A DNA stretch of 43,896 bases from Candidatus Hadarchaeales archaeon (GCA_038851565.1 JAWCKV010000003.1:433-44328); one strand, 5' to 3'. Numbered from the stretch's first letter, positions 17,345 to 29,345 are shown. Program-made: numbers and translations. Notes: generated from the letters alone by a model not told the origin.

Positions 17345-17726
17345 AATCCTAGAAAAGGTCGAGAACAGGGTGCTGGAGCGAACCGAGATAAAGTTCAGGG
17401 TGGATCATACCGGGGCGCCGACTCCTTCCAGAAAGGAACTCATGGCTGCCCTCTCATCTGCGCTGGGCGTTCCAGAGGAGCTCATAACGCTTGAGAGGAT
17501 ATCCGGAACGCACGGCAGCACAAGCTCGCGCGGATCAGCAAGGATCTATCCAAGCAGGGAAAAACTGATGAAAGCAGAAAGGGAATACCTGCTCAAAAGA
17601 GGATTGCCGAAGGAGGAGAAGCCCGCGGCGCCTAAGGAGGAAGCACCGAAGGAGGAGAAGGCCGCTGCACAGAGGGAGGAGAAGAAGGAAGCCCCGAAGA
17701 ACGAGGAGGAAGGTAAGAGTGGCTGA
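17334..17726 (+). CDS. rps24e: 30S ribosomal protein S24e with acidic/basic low-complexity tail
   Basis: [25 protein letters not shown]. Confidence 0.93.
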   Translation: MKLEILEKVENRVLERTEIKFRVDHTGAPTPSRKELMAALSSALGVPEELITLERISGTHGSTSSRGSARIYPSREKLMKAEREYLLKRGLPKEEKPAAPKEEAPKEEKAAAQREEKKEAPKNEEEGKSG

Positions 17727-17872
17727 GAAGAAGGCAACGAAATCTGGAATGTACAAGGTCGAGGGAGAAACTGTGAAGCGTCTGCGCCCTACCTGCCCGA
17801 GGTGTGGGCCAGGGGTATTCATGGCGGAACACGAGGGGCGCCTGTCCTGCGGCAAGTGCGGATACACGGAAT

Positions 17873-17883
<11 letters not shown>
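17719..17883 (+). CDS. rps27ae: 30S ribosomal protein S27ae (54 aa, not in ORF track)
   Basis: Hand translation [54 protein letters not shown]. Confidence 0.95.
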
Positions 17884-20216
<2,333 letters not shown>

Positions 20217-20217
20217 G

Positions 20218-20883
20218 ATGCTGATGAAGAAGGGAGCGGAGGCCGACCTCTTCCTCGAGCCGTTCACGAAGGTGCTCCACGGGGCGGGCAGCGGGATGGT
20301 GGTTGTCAAGCGGAGGGTGGCGAAGAGATACCGGATACCCGAGATAGACAGGAAGCTGAGGGAATCAAGGACCTCGCTGGAGGCGAGGCTCCTCTCGGAT
20401 TCCAAGAAGGCCGGCGTTTCCACACCTCCGGTCTACCTCGTTGACAGGAGGAGCACGAGCATAGTTATGAGGTTCATAGAGGGGGAGCAGATAAAGAGGA
20501 TGCTGAACAAAACTTCACGGAGGAAAAGAAGGGAGATATGCTTGACGATAGGAAAACTCGTGGGGCGCCTTCACAGGGCAGGGATAGTGCACGGAGACCT
20601 CACGACATCCAACATGATACTCGGGAGGGACGGGAGGATATACCTGGTGGACTTCGGCCTGGGGGAATACGACAGGTCCACCGAGGCAAGGGGGGTTGAC
20701 CTTCACCTCCTCAAAAGGGCGCTGCAGAGCGTTCACTTCAGGATAGCCGACGAGGTATACCGCGACGTTCTCTCGGGTTACAGGCATGAGTTCGGCAGGG
20801 GGGCGGAGGAGGTAATAACCAGGGCGGAGGAGATAGGGAGGAGGGGAAGATACGTGGAGAGGGAGGAGAGACCCTGGCGCTGA
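20218..20883 (+). CDS. bud32: KEOPS kinase/ATPase Bud32
   Basis: GAEA, HGDLTTSN, DFGL, RGRY. Confidence 0.95.
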   Translation: MLMKKGAEADLFLEPFTKVLHGAGSGMVVVKRRVAKRYRIPEIDRKLRESRTSLEARLLSDSKKAGVSTPPVYLVDRRSTSIVMRFIEGEQIKRMLNKTSRRKRREICLTIGKLVGRLHRAGIVHGDLTTSNMILGRDGRIYLVDFGLGEYDRSTEARGVDLHLLKRALQSVHFRIADEVYRDVLSGYRHEFGRGAEEVITRAEEIGRRGRYVEREERPWR

Positions 20884-21443
20884 GCTTCGTCACCACCAAC
20901 CTAAATAAGTTCAGGGAGGTCGCGGGGATAGCGAAGGACTACGGGGTAGAGGTGAAGCACGTCGACATGGAGTACCTGGAGATCCAGAGCGACACGGTTG
21001 AGGAGGTGGCTAGGAGAGGAGCAAAGGAGGCGTGCAATATGACGGGGGCCCCATGCTTCGTTGAGGACTCCGGGCTCTTCATACAAGCGCTGCGGGGGTT
21101 TCCAGGGCCATATTCAAACTTCGTGTTCAGGACCATCGGCAACCAGGGGATACTGAAGCTCATGGCCGGGGAAACCATGAGAAGGGCGAGGTTCATGTCA
21201 GCGGTGGGCTACTGCGAACCGGGCGGTGGGCCGCTGGCTTTCACGGGAAGCGTGGAGGGAAGAATTGCAGAGGAGATAAGGGGGTCGCACGGATTTGGCT
21301 ACGATCCGATATTCATCCCGGAGGAAGGTGACGGAAGGACCTTCGGCGAGATGGCGATGGAAGAAAAAAATCTCCTTTCCCACAGGGGTAGGGCAATAAA
21401 AAGGTTTTTGAGCTGGTTTGTAGATGAGAAAAGAACCGGGTGA
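20874..21443 (+). CDS. rdgB: RdgB/HAM1 XTP/dITP diphosphatase (probable CTG start)
   Basis: FVTTNLNKFRE, EIQSD, EDSGL, GFPGPYS, GFGYDPIF, SHRG. Confidence 0.93.
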   Translation: MALSFVTTNLNKFREVAGIAKDYGVEVKHVDMEYLEIQSDTVEEVARRGAKEACNMTGAPCFVEDSGLFIQALRGFPGPYSNFVFRTIGNQGILKLMAGETMRRARFMSAVGYCEPGGGPLAFTGSVEGRIAEEIRGSHGFGYDPIFIPEEGDGRTFGEMAMEEKNLLSHRGRAIKRFLSWFVDEKRTG

Positions 21444-21447
21444 AAAC

Positions 21448-21864
21448 TTGGAGCAGAAAAAATCCAAAGATGAGGAGGTTGGGGCCCTATCAGGGGACGA
21501 GGTTGAGGAGCTGGTGGTGAAGCTCGCCAGGAGGGGAACGGGGCCGAGCATGATAGGGATGATCCTCAGGGACCAGCATGGGGTGCCAGATGTGAAGGCG
21601 GCGACTGGCAAAAGCATACTCCAGATAATGAAAAAACATGAGCTTGCTCCTCAGTTGCCGGAGGACCTGAAGAACGTCATGGCAAAGGCGGTGAAGCTCT
21701 ATTCCCACATGGCAAAGAACCCGAAGGACTTCAAGACCAAGAGGGCCCTTGCCATAATCGAGTCCCGGATCAACAGGCTCGCCAGGTACTACAAGCGCAA
21801 GAAGGTGCTCCCAGCTGAGTGGAGGTACGACAGGGAAAGCGCGGCCCTTCTTGTAAGGGTTTGA
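21448..21864 (+). CDS. rps15: 30S ribosomal protein S15 (uS15)
   Basis: PSMIGMILRDQHGVP, LPEDL, ESRINRLARYYK; TTG 21448 after GGTGA. Confidence 0.95.
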   Translation: MEQKKSKDEEVGALSGDEVEELVVKLARRGTGPSMIGMILRDQHGVPDVKAATGKSILQIMKKHELAPQLPEDLKNVMAKAVKLYSHMAKNPKDFKTKRALAIIESRINRLARYYKRKKVLPAEWRYDRESAALLVRV

Positions 21865-21922
21865 ACCATCCAAATCATTTATAAACCCCCTGTTCATATA
21901 AAAAGAGGTCCGCATAACGGGG

Positions 21923-23395
21923 GTGAATATCAGGTTAAATTTCTCCCGCATGGGGGAGATGCAAGGGAGCGGTGAAATGCCAAGGGACGAGATAAAGCAA
22001 TTCTACGCCGGCGCGGAGGAAACCGCATCTAGGTTTAGGGAAAGGCTGGAGGGCGGAGAAAAGAGAGTTATGGTGCTCGCCCACTGGGATGCGGACGGAA
22101 TCGCATCCGCAGCGATCTTCGCGAGATATCTAAACTCGGTGAATGCTCCCTTTCTCGTGAGATTCACGAAGCCCCTTGGGCCGGAGGAGATAGCGGAGCT
22201 GGAGAAGGAGGACTATGAGATGTTCATATTCCTGGACCAGGGGAGCGGACAGCTCGAGACAATACACAGGCACCTGCTGAACAGGGGCGCTGATGCCGTG
22301 GTGATCGATCATCACCCCGGGCCCCCCATCGAACATCCCAACCTGATCTACTTCAACCCGCACCTCTTCGGGCTCAACGGGGGGAGGGATATCAGCGCAA
22401 GCGGCACCACCTATTCGGTCATCGAAAGCCTTGATGTGAAGTTCAGGTCACTTGTGGGGCTCGCCATCGCCGGGGCGATCGGCGACAGACAGGAGTTCTC
22501 ATCGGAATTCATGGGAGTAAATGCCGAACTGCTGCGGAGGGCTGTTGGCCTCGGACTCGTTCACAGGGGGGAGGGCCTCAGGCTGACAGGCAGAACGCTG
22601 TGGCCTGCCGATGAGTGCCTGAGGCTCTCAACGCGCCCCTACATCCTCGGGCTCTCCGGGAACATGGTGCAGTGCAGGAAGCTGCTCGAATCGCTCGACA
22701 TTCCTCCATCGAAGCCGATATGCGAAATAGGGCTCGATAGAGAGAGGGCGCTTGCGGAGGCAATATTGAACATCGTTCCGCGGGGACAGGTGAACGAGGA
22801 CTTCAAAAACGCCCTGTGGGGCTCAGTGTACACCAGGACCGACGAGAGGATGTCCGGGCCCCGCGACCTCAGGGAGTACGCGGTCGTTCTGGACGCATGC
22901 GGCACCATGAAGGTCCCCGAAACCGGATTCACGATGGCGGCCGGGCGGTCCCCGGAGGATTGCGCAATAGAGGTGCTGAAGAGGTATGAGGAGGAGATGC
23001 TGCACGTGATGAGGTGGTCGCTGGAGAAGCTGCCGCACTTTAAGTCCGCGGAGCACTTCAGGTATCTAATGGTCGGGAGGGAGGTTGGTCCTGCCTTCGT
23101 GGGGGAGGCAATGTCCCTCTTGATAGAGTCCGGGATCGCGCCGATCGATGTGCCGCTTCTGGCCATAGCTGAAAAGGATGGAGAGCACGCCAAGGTGTCC
23201 GCAAGGGGGACCATAAGGCTGAGCGAGAGGGGATTCGATCTCGGCAGGGCGCTTGCAAAGTCAGCTGCTGAGGTCGGGGGCTACGGCAGCGGGCATGATG
23301 TGGCAGCTGCGGCCACCATCCCTAAAAACAGGGTCGAGGAGTTTCTGAACAGGGTGAATGCCCACCTGAAGGCGAGGACGGCGGGATCCGGTTGA
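21923..23395 (+). CDS. RecJ-like DHH/DHHA1 phosphoesterase (archaeal RecJ/Cdc45-like)
   Basis: HWDADG, DQGSG, IDHH, SARG, GSGHDVAAA; conserved position after S15. Start may be ATG 21950 or 21977. Confidence 0.88.
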   Translation: MNIRLNFSRMGEMQGSGEMPRDEIKQFYAGAEETASRFRERLEGGEKRVMVLAHWDADGIASAAIFARYLNSVNAPFLVRFTKPLGPEEIAELEKEDYEMFIFLDQGSGQLETIHRHLLNRGADAVVIDHHPGPPIEHPNLIYFNPHLFGLNGGRDISASGTTYSVIESLDVKFRSLVGLAIAGAIGDRQEFSSEFMGVNAELLRRAVGLGLVHRGEGLRLTGRTLWPADECLRLSTRPYILGLSGNMVQCRKLLESLDIPPSKPICEIGLDRERALAEAILNIVPRGQVNEDFKNALWGSVYTRTDERMSGPRDLREYAVVLDACGTMKVPETGFTMAAGRSPEDCAIEVLKRYEEEMLHVMRWSLEKLPHFKSAEHFRYLMVGREVGPAFVGEAMSLLIESGIAPIDVPLLAIAEKDGEHAKVSARGTIRLSERGFDLGRALAKSAAEVGGYGSGHDVAAAATIPKNRVEEFLNRVNAHLKARTAGSG

Positions 23396-23634
23396 AGATG
23401 AGGGCCAGGCTGGAGCTTTCGTTCCCGAGCGCAAGGAGGGCAAGGTCGATCGCGGAATCGATCAAGCCCGACAACATAAGGGTTCCCCTGGGAATGAGAA
23501 TACGCACCGAGCATCTGAACAGGTCGGTGATCACCGAGATAGAGCTGGAGGGGAACATCAAGACGCTGCTGTCCACCCTTGATGACCTGCTCGCCTGCAT
23601 TGGGACAGCGGAGGACATGACATCTGTTGGATAG
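23392..23634 (+). CDS. KEOPS Pcc1-family subunit
   Basis: SIKPDN, LLSTLDDLLAC; rps15-recJ-pcc1-rps3ae context. Confidence 0.8.
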   Translation: MKMRARLELSFPSARRARSIAESIKPDNIRVPLGMRIRTEHLNRSVITEIELEGNIKTLLSTLDDLLACIGTAEDMTSVG

Positions 23635-23670
23635 TTGAATATCCACGGCAGACCATCGGTAATCGGTCCA

Positions 23671-24120
23671 ATGGGGAAATACACAAAGGTTGACCCGAGG
23701 GTGCTCATATCGGTTCCCACCATCTTATGTCCAAAGTGCAGGATGCCGATAAGATCACGGAAAAAATCGACATAGAGGTCACAAGCAAAGGACTTAGGAA
23801 ATATCTCAAAAAATTCCGCAGAGATACCGCTGCTCCCGGTGCAGGACCGGGTTCGATCTGAACCTGGAGAGGAGGGGAGGAGGATGCTTCATCGCCAAAG
23901 CTGCCTACGGGACCTCCGCGGCAAACGAGATAACATCCTCAGGTACTTTAGAGATGCCATTCTGCTCAGGACCAGATCGGGGCGACGCTTCATATCGCTC
24001 TACTACAGACTCTCTCCGCCCCTCGCGGGGGCCATAGGGAGGTCTAACCTCTTGAAGCTGGTGACCAGGTGTCCGCTGCTCCCTGTGCTGCGGCTCATGA
24101 GGAAAACCATCAGGTTCTAG
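23671..24120 (+). pseudogene. Zn-ribbon + CFI-box-CTERM protein interrupted by three -1 frameshifts
   Basis: CPKC (frame 1), CSRC..GGGCFIAKAAYG (frame 2), NILRYFRD..GRRFISLYYRLSPPLA (frame 1). Confidence 0.75.
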
Positions 24121-24164
24121 GATAGCCTTTTCAATATGCCCCACAATTTGATTTTGGCGGACAC

Positions 24165-25658
24165 ATGAGGTTTGAGATCAGAGGACTGCTGAAGTTCAGC
24201 AGTGATCTTCAGCCGGCAGCCGGCGAGGTTGAGGAGCTGATATCCCGGTCCAAGGAGCTTCTCAAAAGGGGGGTGCCAGAAGGAGGCACGGGAGCTGTCC
24301 TGACCGGATGGAGGCTCATGGGCAAAGATATGGAGCTCCATCTGGAATCGGGGAGACATGTGAGGGCACACGACGCACTGCTCAGGATAGCAAGGCTCAT
24401 GGGGGAGGAACTCGGAAAGCGAAGGAAGATCGGCCTTCGCGGCGTGACCATCATCGAGGGCAGAATAATGATTCCCGGTAAACTGGATGAGGAAAATCTC
24501 TCGCGAATGAGCGTTCACCCCTTTCAGCTCAGGAACATGGAGGAGGGCATTGAGATAAAATTCGAGGGGCTGGGCGAATCGGAGATCAGGGGAAGAACAA
24601 TAGACAGGATGGTCTCATCGGTTCTTGATGCGCTATCCGCTGCTAATGTCGAGAGAACTGGGCCCAAAGTCGTGAGAAGGGGAAACGAGCTCCCCCATCC
24701 ATTCAGGGAGGATCCATTCGAGGCCTGCGTGAGGGAGGGATGGATAACCGAGTTCCCCGGAAGGGGTCAGTGGATTTACGCCGAACCCTATGCTGCCCTC
24801 ATGCACGCGATCGAGGACATGATAGTGGAGAGGATAGCCCTGCCGATGGGCTTCCGTGAGGTGATGCTTCCGAAGCTGATACCGATCCCCGTTATGCGCA
24901 GGATGCCCGGATACCTGGACTCCGTCCCGGAGGGGATGTACTATGTCTGCCCTCCGCCGAGGGACCCCGAGGCGTTTTCCAAGTTCAAGGCCAGCCTGAG
25001 GCTCACGGGAAGGATACCCGTGGATGAGCTCAGAAAGGTGCTGAAGGAGCCCTCCTACGTCCTCGCCCCGGCCCAGTGTGAGCCATTCTATCAGGCATTT
25101 TCCGGCAGGAGGGTGAGGCTTGAGGACCTACCCCTGAAGCAATACGACAGGAGCGGGTGGACGTACAGGTGGGAGGGAGGAGGAGTTGAGGGCCTCATCA
25201 GGACGCAGGAGTTCAGGAGGATAGAATTCGTCTTCATGGGCAGTCCTGACGATGTGACATCAATAAGGGACGAGGTTGTGGAGAGAGCCATCGGGCTGAT
25301 GGATGAGCTGGGGCTCGAGTGGAGGCTGTTGGTCGCCACGCCCTTCTACCTCAGAGAGGGAGAGACCGGGAGCTCCGAAAAGGCCGGGGTCGCAACCTAT
25401 GACCTGGAAGCGCTCCTCCCCTACAGCGGGGAATGGCTGGAGCTGGGCTCCTACAACGTCCACAGGGATCGGTTTGCGAAGAGCTTTAAAATAAAAGAGG
25501 TCAGGAATAGGGATATCTGGACGGGGTGCTGCGGCTTCGGCACAAGCAGGTGGGTCGTCGGATTCCTCGCCCAGCACGGGCTGGACGGGGAGAGGTGGCC
25601 CCCAGCTGTGAGGAAGAAGGTCGGCAAGCTGCCGTCCGCATTCAAGGCGGTGGAATGA
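24165..25658 (+). CDS. serS: Type-2 (methanogen-type) seryl-tRNA synthetase
   Basis: SGRHVRAHDALLR N-domain, FPGRGQW, PAQCEPFY, WTYRWEGGG, EFRRIE, WTGC. Confidence 0.93.
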   Translation: MRFEIRGLLKFSSDLQPAAGEVEELISRSKELLKRGVPEGGTGAVLTGWRLMGKDMELHLESGRHVRAHDALLRIARLMGEELGKRRKIGLRGVTIIEGRIMIPGKLDEENLSRMSVHPFQLRNMEEGIEIKFEGLGESEIRGRTIDRMVSSVLDALSAANVERTGPKVVRRGNELPHPFREDPFEACVREGWITEFPGRGQWIYAEPYAALMHAIEDMIVERIALPMGFREVMLPKLIPIPVMRRMPGYLDSVPEGMYYVCPPPRDPEAFSKFKASLRLTGRIPVDELRKVLKEPSYVLAPAQCEPFYQAFSGRRVRLEDLPLKQYDRSGWTYRWEGGGVEGLIRTQEFRRIEFVFMGSPDDVTSIRDEVVERAIGLMDELGLEWRLLVATPFYLREGETGSSEKAGVATYDLEALLPYSGEWLELGSYNVHRDRFAKSFKIKEVRNRDIWTGCCGFGTSRWVVGFLAQHGLDGERWPPAVRKKVGKLPSAFKAVE

Positions 25659-26272
25659 TGGCAGAGGAAAGGAAGAAGGTTGCGAAGAAGACGTGGCGGG
25701 AGAAGAAGTGGTACGAGGTAGTGGCTCCCCCGATATTCGCGGGGAGGGTGATAGGGGAGACTCCAGCCCTGGATCCTGCACAGATCGTGGGAAGGGTGTT
25801 CGAGACCACGCTGGGCGACCTCATCGAAGACTTCTCAAAGTCCCACATCAAGCTCTACTTTCAGATAAAGGGGGTTGACGGATCCAAGGCGATAACCGCC
25901 TTCTGCGGACATGAGATGGTGAAGGACTACGTGAGGAGCCTGGTGAGGCGGAGGTCGAGCAAGGTGGAGGACACGGTGCAGGCAAGGACAAAGGATGGAT
26001 ATCTGATCAAGATGTGCGCCATGGCGACAACGCTGAGATCCATACAGACCACCAAGCTCACGATGTTCAGGAATGACATGAGGGGTGTAATGGTCTCAAA
26101 GGCGGCGGAGAGGAACCTGGATGAATTCGTGCTCGAGATGGTGCTGGGGAAGCTCTCTGCTGACATATACAAGAGATGCAAGCGCTACTGCCCCATCCAC
26201 AAGGTCGAGGTCTACAAGAGCGAGGTCCTTGCTGGGCCGGAAGCAAAGCCCCAGGGCGCTGAGGCCTCATGA
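25655..26272 (+). CDS. rps3ae: 30S ribosomal protein S3Ae (eS1)
   Basis: WREKKWYEVVAP, GRVFETTL, DYVRSLVRR, EVYKSEV. Confidence 0.95.
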   Translation: MMAEERKKVAKKTWREKKWYEVVAPPIFAGRVIGETPALDPAQIVGRVFETTLGDLIEDFSKSHIKLYFQIKGVDGSKAITAFCGHEMVKDYVRSLVRRRSSKVEDTVQARTKDGYLIKMCAMATTLRSIQTTKLTMFRNDMRGVMVSKAAERNLDEFVLEMVLGKLSADIYKRCKRYCPIHKVEVYKSEVLAGPEAKPQGAEAS

Positions 26273-27648
26273 AGAGGAGGATATTTGGCACTTCCGGAGT
26301 GAGGGGTGCATTTGGGCCAGAGATGGATCCCCGGTTGCTGATGGACATTTCGCTCTCACTCTCTGAGTTTCTAAGCCACACGGGAAAGGTACTAGTGGGC
26401 AGGGACACCCGCACAACTGGAGGATTGATTGAGGGATGCGTTGTTGCGGCCCTCAGCTCGGGGGGCTGTGATGTGCTGAGGGCTGGCGTCGTGCCGACAC
26501 CCGCGCTGAGCTTTGGAGTTCGCCACACTGGAGCATCCGCCGGCGTGATGGTGACCGCCTCGCACAATCCACCGGAGTACAACGGGCTGAAGTTCTGGAG
26601 AAGCGACGGGTGCGCCTTCGATGAGGATGATGAGAGGAGGATAGAGAAGATATACTGGGAGAGGAGATGGGCAGGCGTCGGCTGGAAGGAGGTTGGAGCG
26701 ATATCCTCCGCGGATGTGCTCTCCCCGTATCTCAATCACCTTGAGTCAAAATCGAGGATTGAAAAGGAACACCTAGTCGCTGTGGACTGCGGCAACGGGG
26801 CGGCCTCCCTCGTGACCCCCCTCCTGCTGAGAAGGGTGGGGTGCAGGGTGAGGACGCTAAACTCCAATCCTGACGGCTTCTTTCCCGGAAGGCCGCCAGA
26901 GCCCTCAGCGGACAGCCTTGCCGGGCTAGCTGCGCTGGTGAAGAGGATCGGGGCCGAAGTCGGCATTGCACACGATGGAGATGCCGACAGAACGTCCATA
27001 GTCGACGAAAGGGGCAGGCTCGCACAGCCTGACAGGATGCTGGCCCTCGTCGCCTCCCACATGGTGAGGAAAAAAGGAGACATCGTGGTGACCACAGTTG
27101 ACGCCTCAAGCGTGGTCGACGAAGCCGTAACGAGGGCTGGGGGGGTGGTCGTCCGAACCGGGGTGGGCGACGTTAAGGTTGCAGCCGAGATTAAAAGGAG
27201 AGGGGCGGTGTTTGGGGGAGAGCCAAGCGGAGCCTGGATCTTTCCCCACGTTGGGATGGCCCCCGATGGGCCCATGGGGGCGATGATGACGCTGGAGCTG
27301 ATGGAGGCCTCGGGCACCAGCCTTTCACACATGCTCGATTCCCTCCCGGAGTACCCCGTGATCCGGGAAAAGGTGCAATGCCCCTCCGAGCTCAGGGACG
27401 GGGCAATGGATAGGATAAAGGGGGCCCTTGAGGTCGAGCTCGAGGGAATAAGGGAGATCCTGACCGTGGACGGGATAAGGATGGACCTGGAGAATGGATG
27501 GGTCCTTGTCCGGCCATCCGGAACCGAGCCCTTGATAAGGATAACCGTCGAGGGAAAATCAACCGACTTGGCCAGGGAGATCATGGAAAGAACAGTGAGC
27601 TCCGTGAAAAACGTCATAAAAGGATTAATAGGATCTGGAAAATTGTAG
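26269..27648 (+). CDS. glmM: Phosphoglucosamine mutase / phosphohexomutase
   Basis: FGTSGVRG, TASHNP, DGDADR, GGEPSG, RPSGTEP; adjacent to glmU. Confidence 0.88.
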   Translation: MKRRIFGTSGVRGAFGPEMDPRLLMDISLSLSEFLSHTGKVLVGRDTRTTGGLIEGCVVAALSSGGCDVLRAGVVPTPALSFGVRHTGASAGVMVTASHNPPEYNGLKFWRSDGCAFDEDDERRIEKIYWERRWAGVGWKEVGAISSADVLSPYLNHLESKSRIEKEHLVAVDCGNGAASLVTPLLLRRVGCRVRTLNSNPDGFFPGRPPEPSADSLAGLAALVKRIGAEVGIAHDGDADRTSIVDERGRLAQPDRMLALVASHMVRKKGDIVVTTVDASSVVDEAVTRAGGVVVRTGVGDVKVAAEIKRRGAVFGGEPSGAWIFPHVGMAPDGPMGAMMTLELMEASGTSLSHMLDSLPEYPVIREKVQCPSELRDGAMDRIKGALEVELEGIREILTVDGIRMDLENGWVLVRPSGTEPLIRITVEGKSTDLAREIMERTVSSVKNVIKGLIGSGKL

Positions 27649-27658
27649 GGGGGTTGTG

Positions 27659-28939
27659 ATGAAAGGGGTTGTGCTGGCCGCAGGGCTCGGGACAAGGATG
27701 CGTCCGCTCACCTTCACAAAACCGAAGTTCCTGCTCCCGGTCGCCGGAAAACCTGCCCTTGATCACGTCTTCGATACGATGAAGAACGCGGGGATAAGCG
27801 AGGTCGGGGTGGTGGTCGGTTTCGGAAAAGAACAGATAGTGGAGAGATACGGCGATGGGTCCGGCATCGGCATGAAGGTCGAATACCTGCACCAGAAACA
27901 GCTCCTCGGGACAGCCAACGCCGTTTCGCTCGCCGAGGAATTCGTGGGGAACGATGACTTCATGGTGATGAACGGGGACACGCTCGTGGACCTAGAATCC
28001 ACGAAGTCCGTGCTGGAGGTGTACAGAAAAAGAAGATCAGAAAGGGGCTTTGGGGGGGTGATGGGAACAATCGAGGTTGATGAGCCGGAGCAGTTCGGCA
28101 TCGTGGAGATGAAAGGGGAAACCGTGAGGAGGGTGATCGAAAAGCCGAAGAGGACAGGAAGCAGGCTGGCAAATGCCGGGCTCTACATCTTTACGTCGGA
28201 AATATTCGGAGCGATAAGGAGGACAAAAAAATCGAGAAGGGGCGAGTACGAGCTGACCACCTCCATACAGATCATGATCGATGACGGGCTGTCCATATAC
28301 ACCGCCCCCCTCAGCCTCTGGGCGGACATCGGGAGGCCCTGGGACCTCCTTGTGGCAAACGAGCACTTCCTGAAAAACCTCAGGGGCGAGATACACGGCA
28401 AGGTGGAGGTCGGGGCAAACGTCGGCGACAGGGTCTACGTCGGGGAGAACTCCGTGATAAGGTCGGGCTCCTACATACTCGGCCCAGCGTACATCGGCCG
28501 CAACTGCGACATAGGGCCGAACTGCTTCATAAGGCCATCCACATGCATAGGGGATCACGTCAGGATAGGGAACGCTGTGGAGATAAAGAACTCGATAATA
28601 ATGGACCACACAAACGTCGGTCACCTCTCATACGTCGGCGACAGCGTCATAGGTATGAACTGCAACCTGGGTGCCGGAACAACCATAGCGAACCTCCGCC
28701 TGGACGGGAAACCCGTGAAGATGGAAGTCGGGGGAAAGGTGGTCAGCAGCGGGAGAAGAAAGCTCGGGACGATAATCGCGGACAACGTCAGGACCGGGAT
28801 AAACTGCACCATAAACGTCGGGGTGAAGATAGGTCCGGACTCCGCCATCGGACCGGGAGCGGTCGTGTACAGGGATGTCCCCCCGAACACAATGGTCTAC
28901 GTTGAGCCCTCGGTTCGCCTGAAAAGATGGAAACCTTGA
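27659..28939 (+). CDS. glmU: Bifunctional sugar-1-phosphate nucleotidylyltransferase/acetyltransferase (archaeal GlmU type)
   Basis: LAAGLGTRMRPLT..PK, RGEYELT, hexapeptide repeats with HLSYVGDS, GRRKLG. Confidence 0.88.
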   Translation: MKGVVLAAGLGTRMRPLTFTKPKFLLPVAGKPALDHVFDTMKNAGISEVGVVVGFGKEQIVERYGDGSGIGMKVEYLHQKQLLGTANAVSLAEEFVGNDDFMVMNGDTLVDLESTKSVLEVYRKRRSERGFGGVMGTIEVDEPEQFGIVEMKGETVRRVIEKPKRTGSRLANAGLYIFTSEIFGAIRRTKKSRRGEYELTTSIQIMIDDGLSIYTAPLSLWADIGRPWDLLVANEHFLKNLRGEIHGKVEVGANVGDRVYVGENSVIRSGSYILGPAYIGRNCDIGPNCFIRPSTCIGDHVRIGNAVEIKNSIIMDHTNVGHLSYVGDSVIGMNCNLGAGTTIANLRLDGKPVKMEVGGKVVSSGRRKLGTIIADNVRTGINCTINVGVKIGPDSAIGPGAVVYRDVPPNTMVYVEPSVRLKRWKP

Positions 28940-28973
28940 TCGTCTCCTCCTGGGGAAACCCCGGGGGATAAAG

Positions 28974-29001
28974 TTAATTTCCATGGGGGGATGAAAATTA
29001 A
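28974..29001. promoter_or_regulatory. Imperfect palindrome (10 of 11 bp) upstream of the DUF2095 gene
   Basis: TTAATTTCCAT-GGGGGG-ATGAAAATTAA. Confidence 0.3.
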
Positions 29002-29012
29002 TCGGGCGTCCG

Positions 29013-29345
29013 ATGGGGAGAATAACCGATGAGGAGTTCAGGAGAAGATACCCCAACATCACGAGGGAGGTCAACGAGGGAGATTATGTATCAATTCAGT
29101 CAATCAGATCCGATGCCAGCGAGGGGGAAAAGGCCGCGGCGAGAGGGGGCTATCCGACCGCTGTTGACTTCATAAGGCTGTGCGAGACCAAGGAGCAGGC
29201 GGCGGAGATCATAGACTACCTTGAGAGGAGAAAGGAGATAAGCCCGGAATACGCTGAAAAGCTAAGGGACCAGCTGAACAAACGTGGGCTGAGAAGCTTT
29301 GGGAAGAGGAGGAGGCCAGGGGTCAGCGCACCGGGCACGGAGTAG
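29013..29345 (+). CDS. DUF2095 family protein
   Basis: GYPTAVDFIRLCET.EQA.EIIDYLE..GLRSFG. Confidence 0.8.
   Translation: MGRITDEEFRRRYPNITREVNEGDYVSIQSIRSDASEGEKAAARGGYPTAVDFIRLCETKEQAAEIIDYLERRKEISPEYAEKLRDQLNKRGLRSFGKRRRPGVSAPGTE

Noticed and set aside
17600..17715. Repeated CCGAAGGAGGAGAAG-like units
   Set aside because: They encode the low-complexity tail of S24e; not a CRISPR array or mobile repeat.
26736..27695. Long antisense ORFs (here and at 16435-17202, 35683-36471, 40772-41626)
   Set aside because: Ser/Pro-rich or motif-less shadows of well-supported genes in GC-rich DNA.
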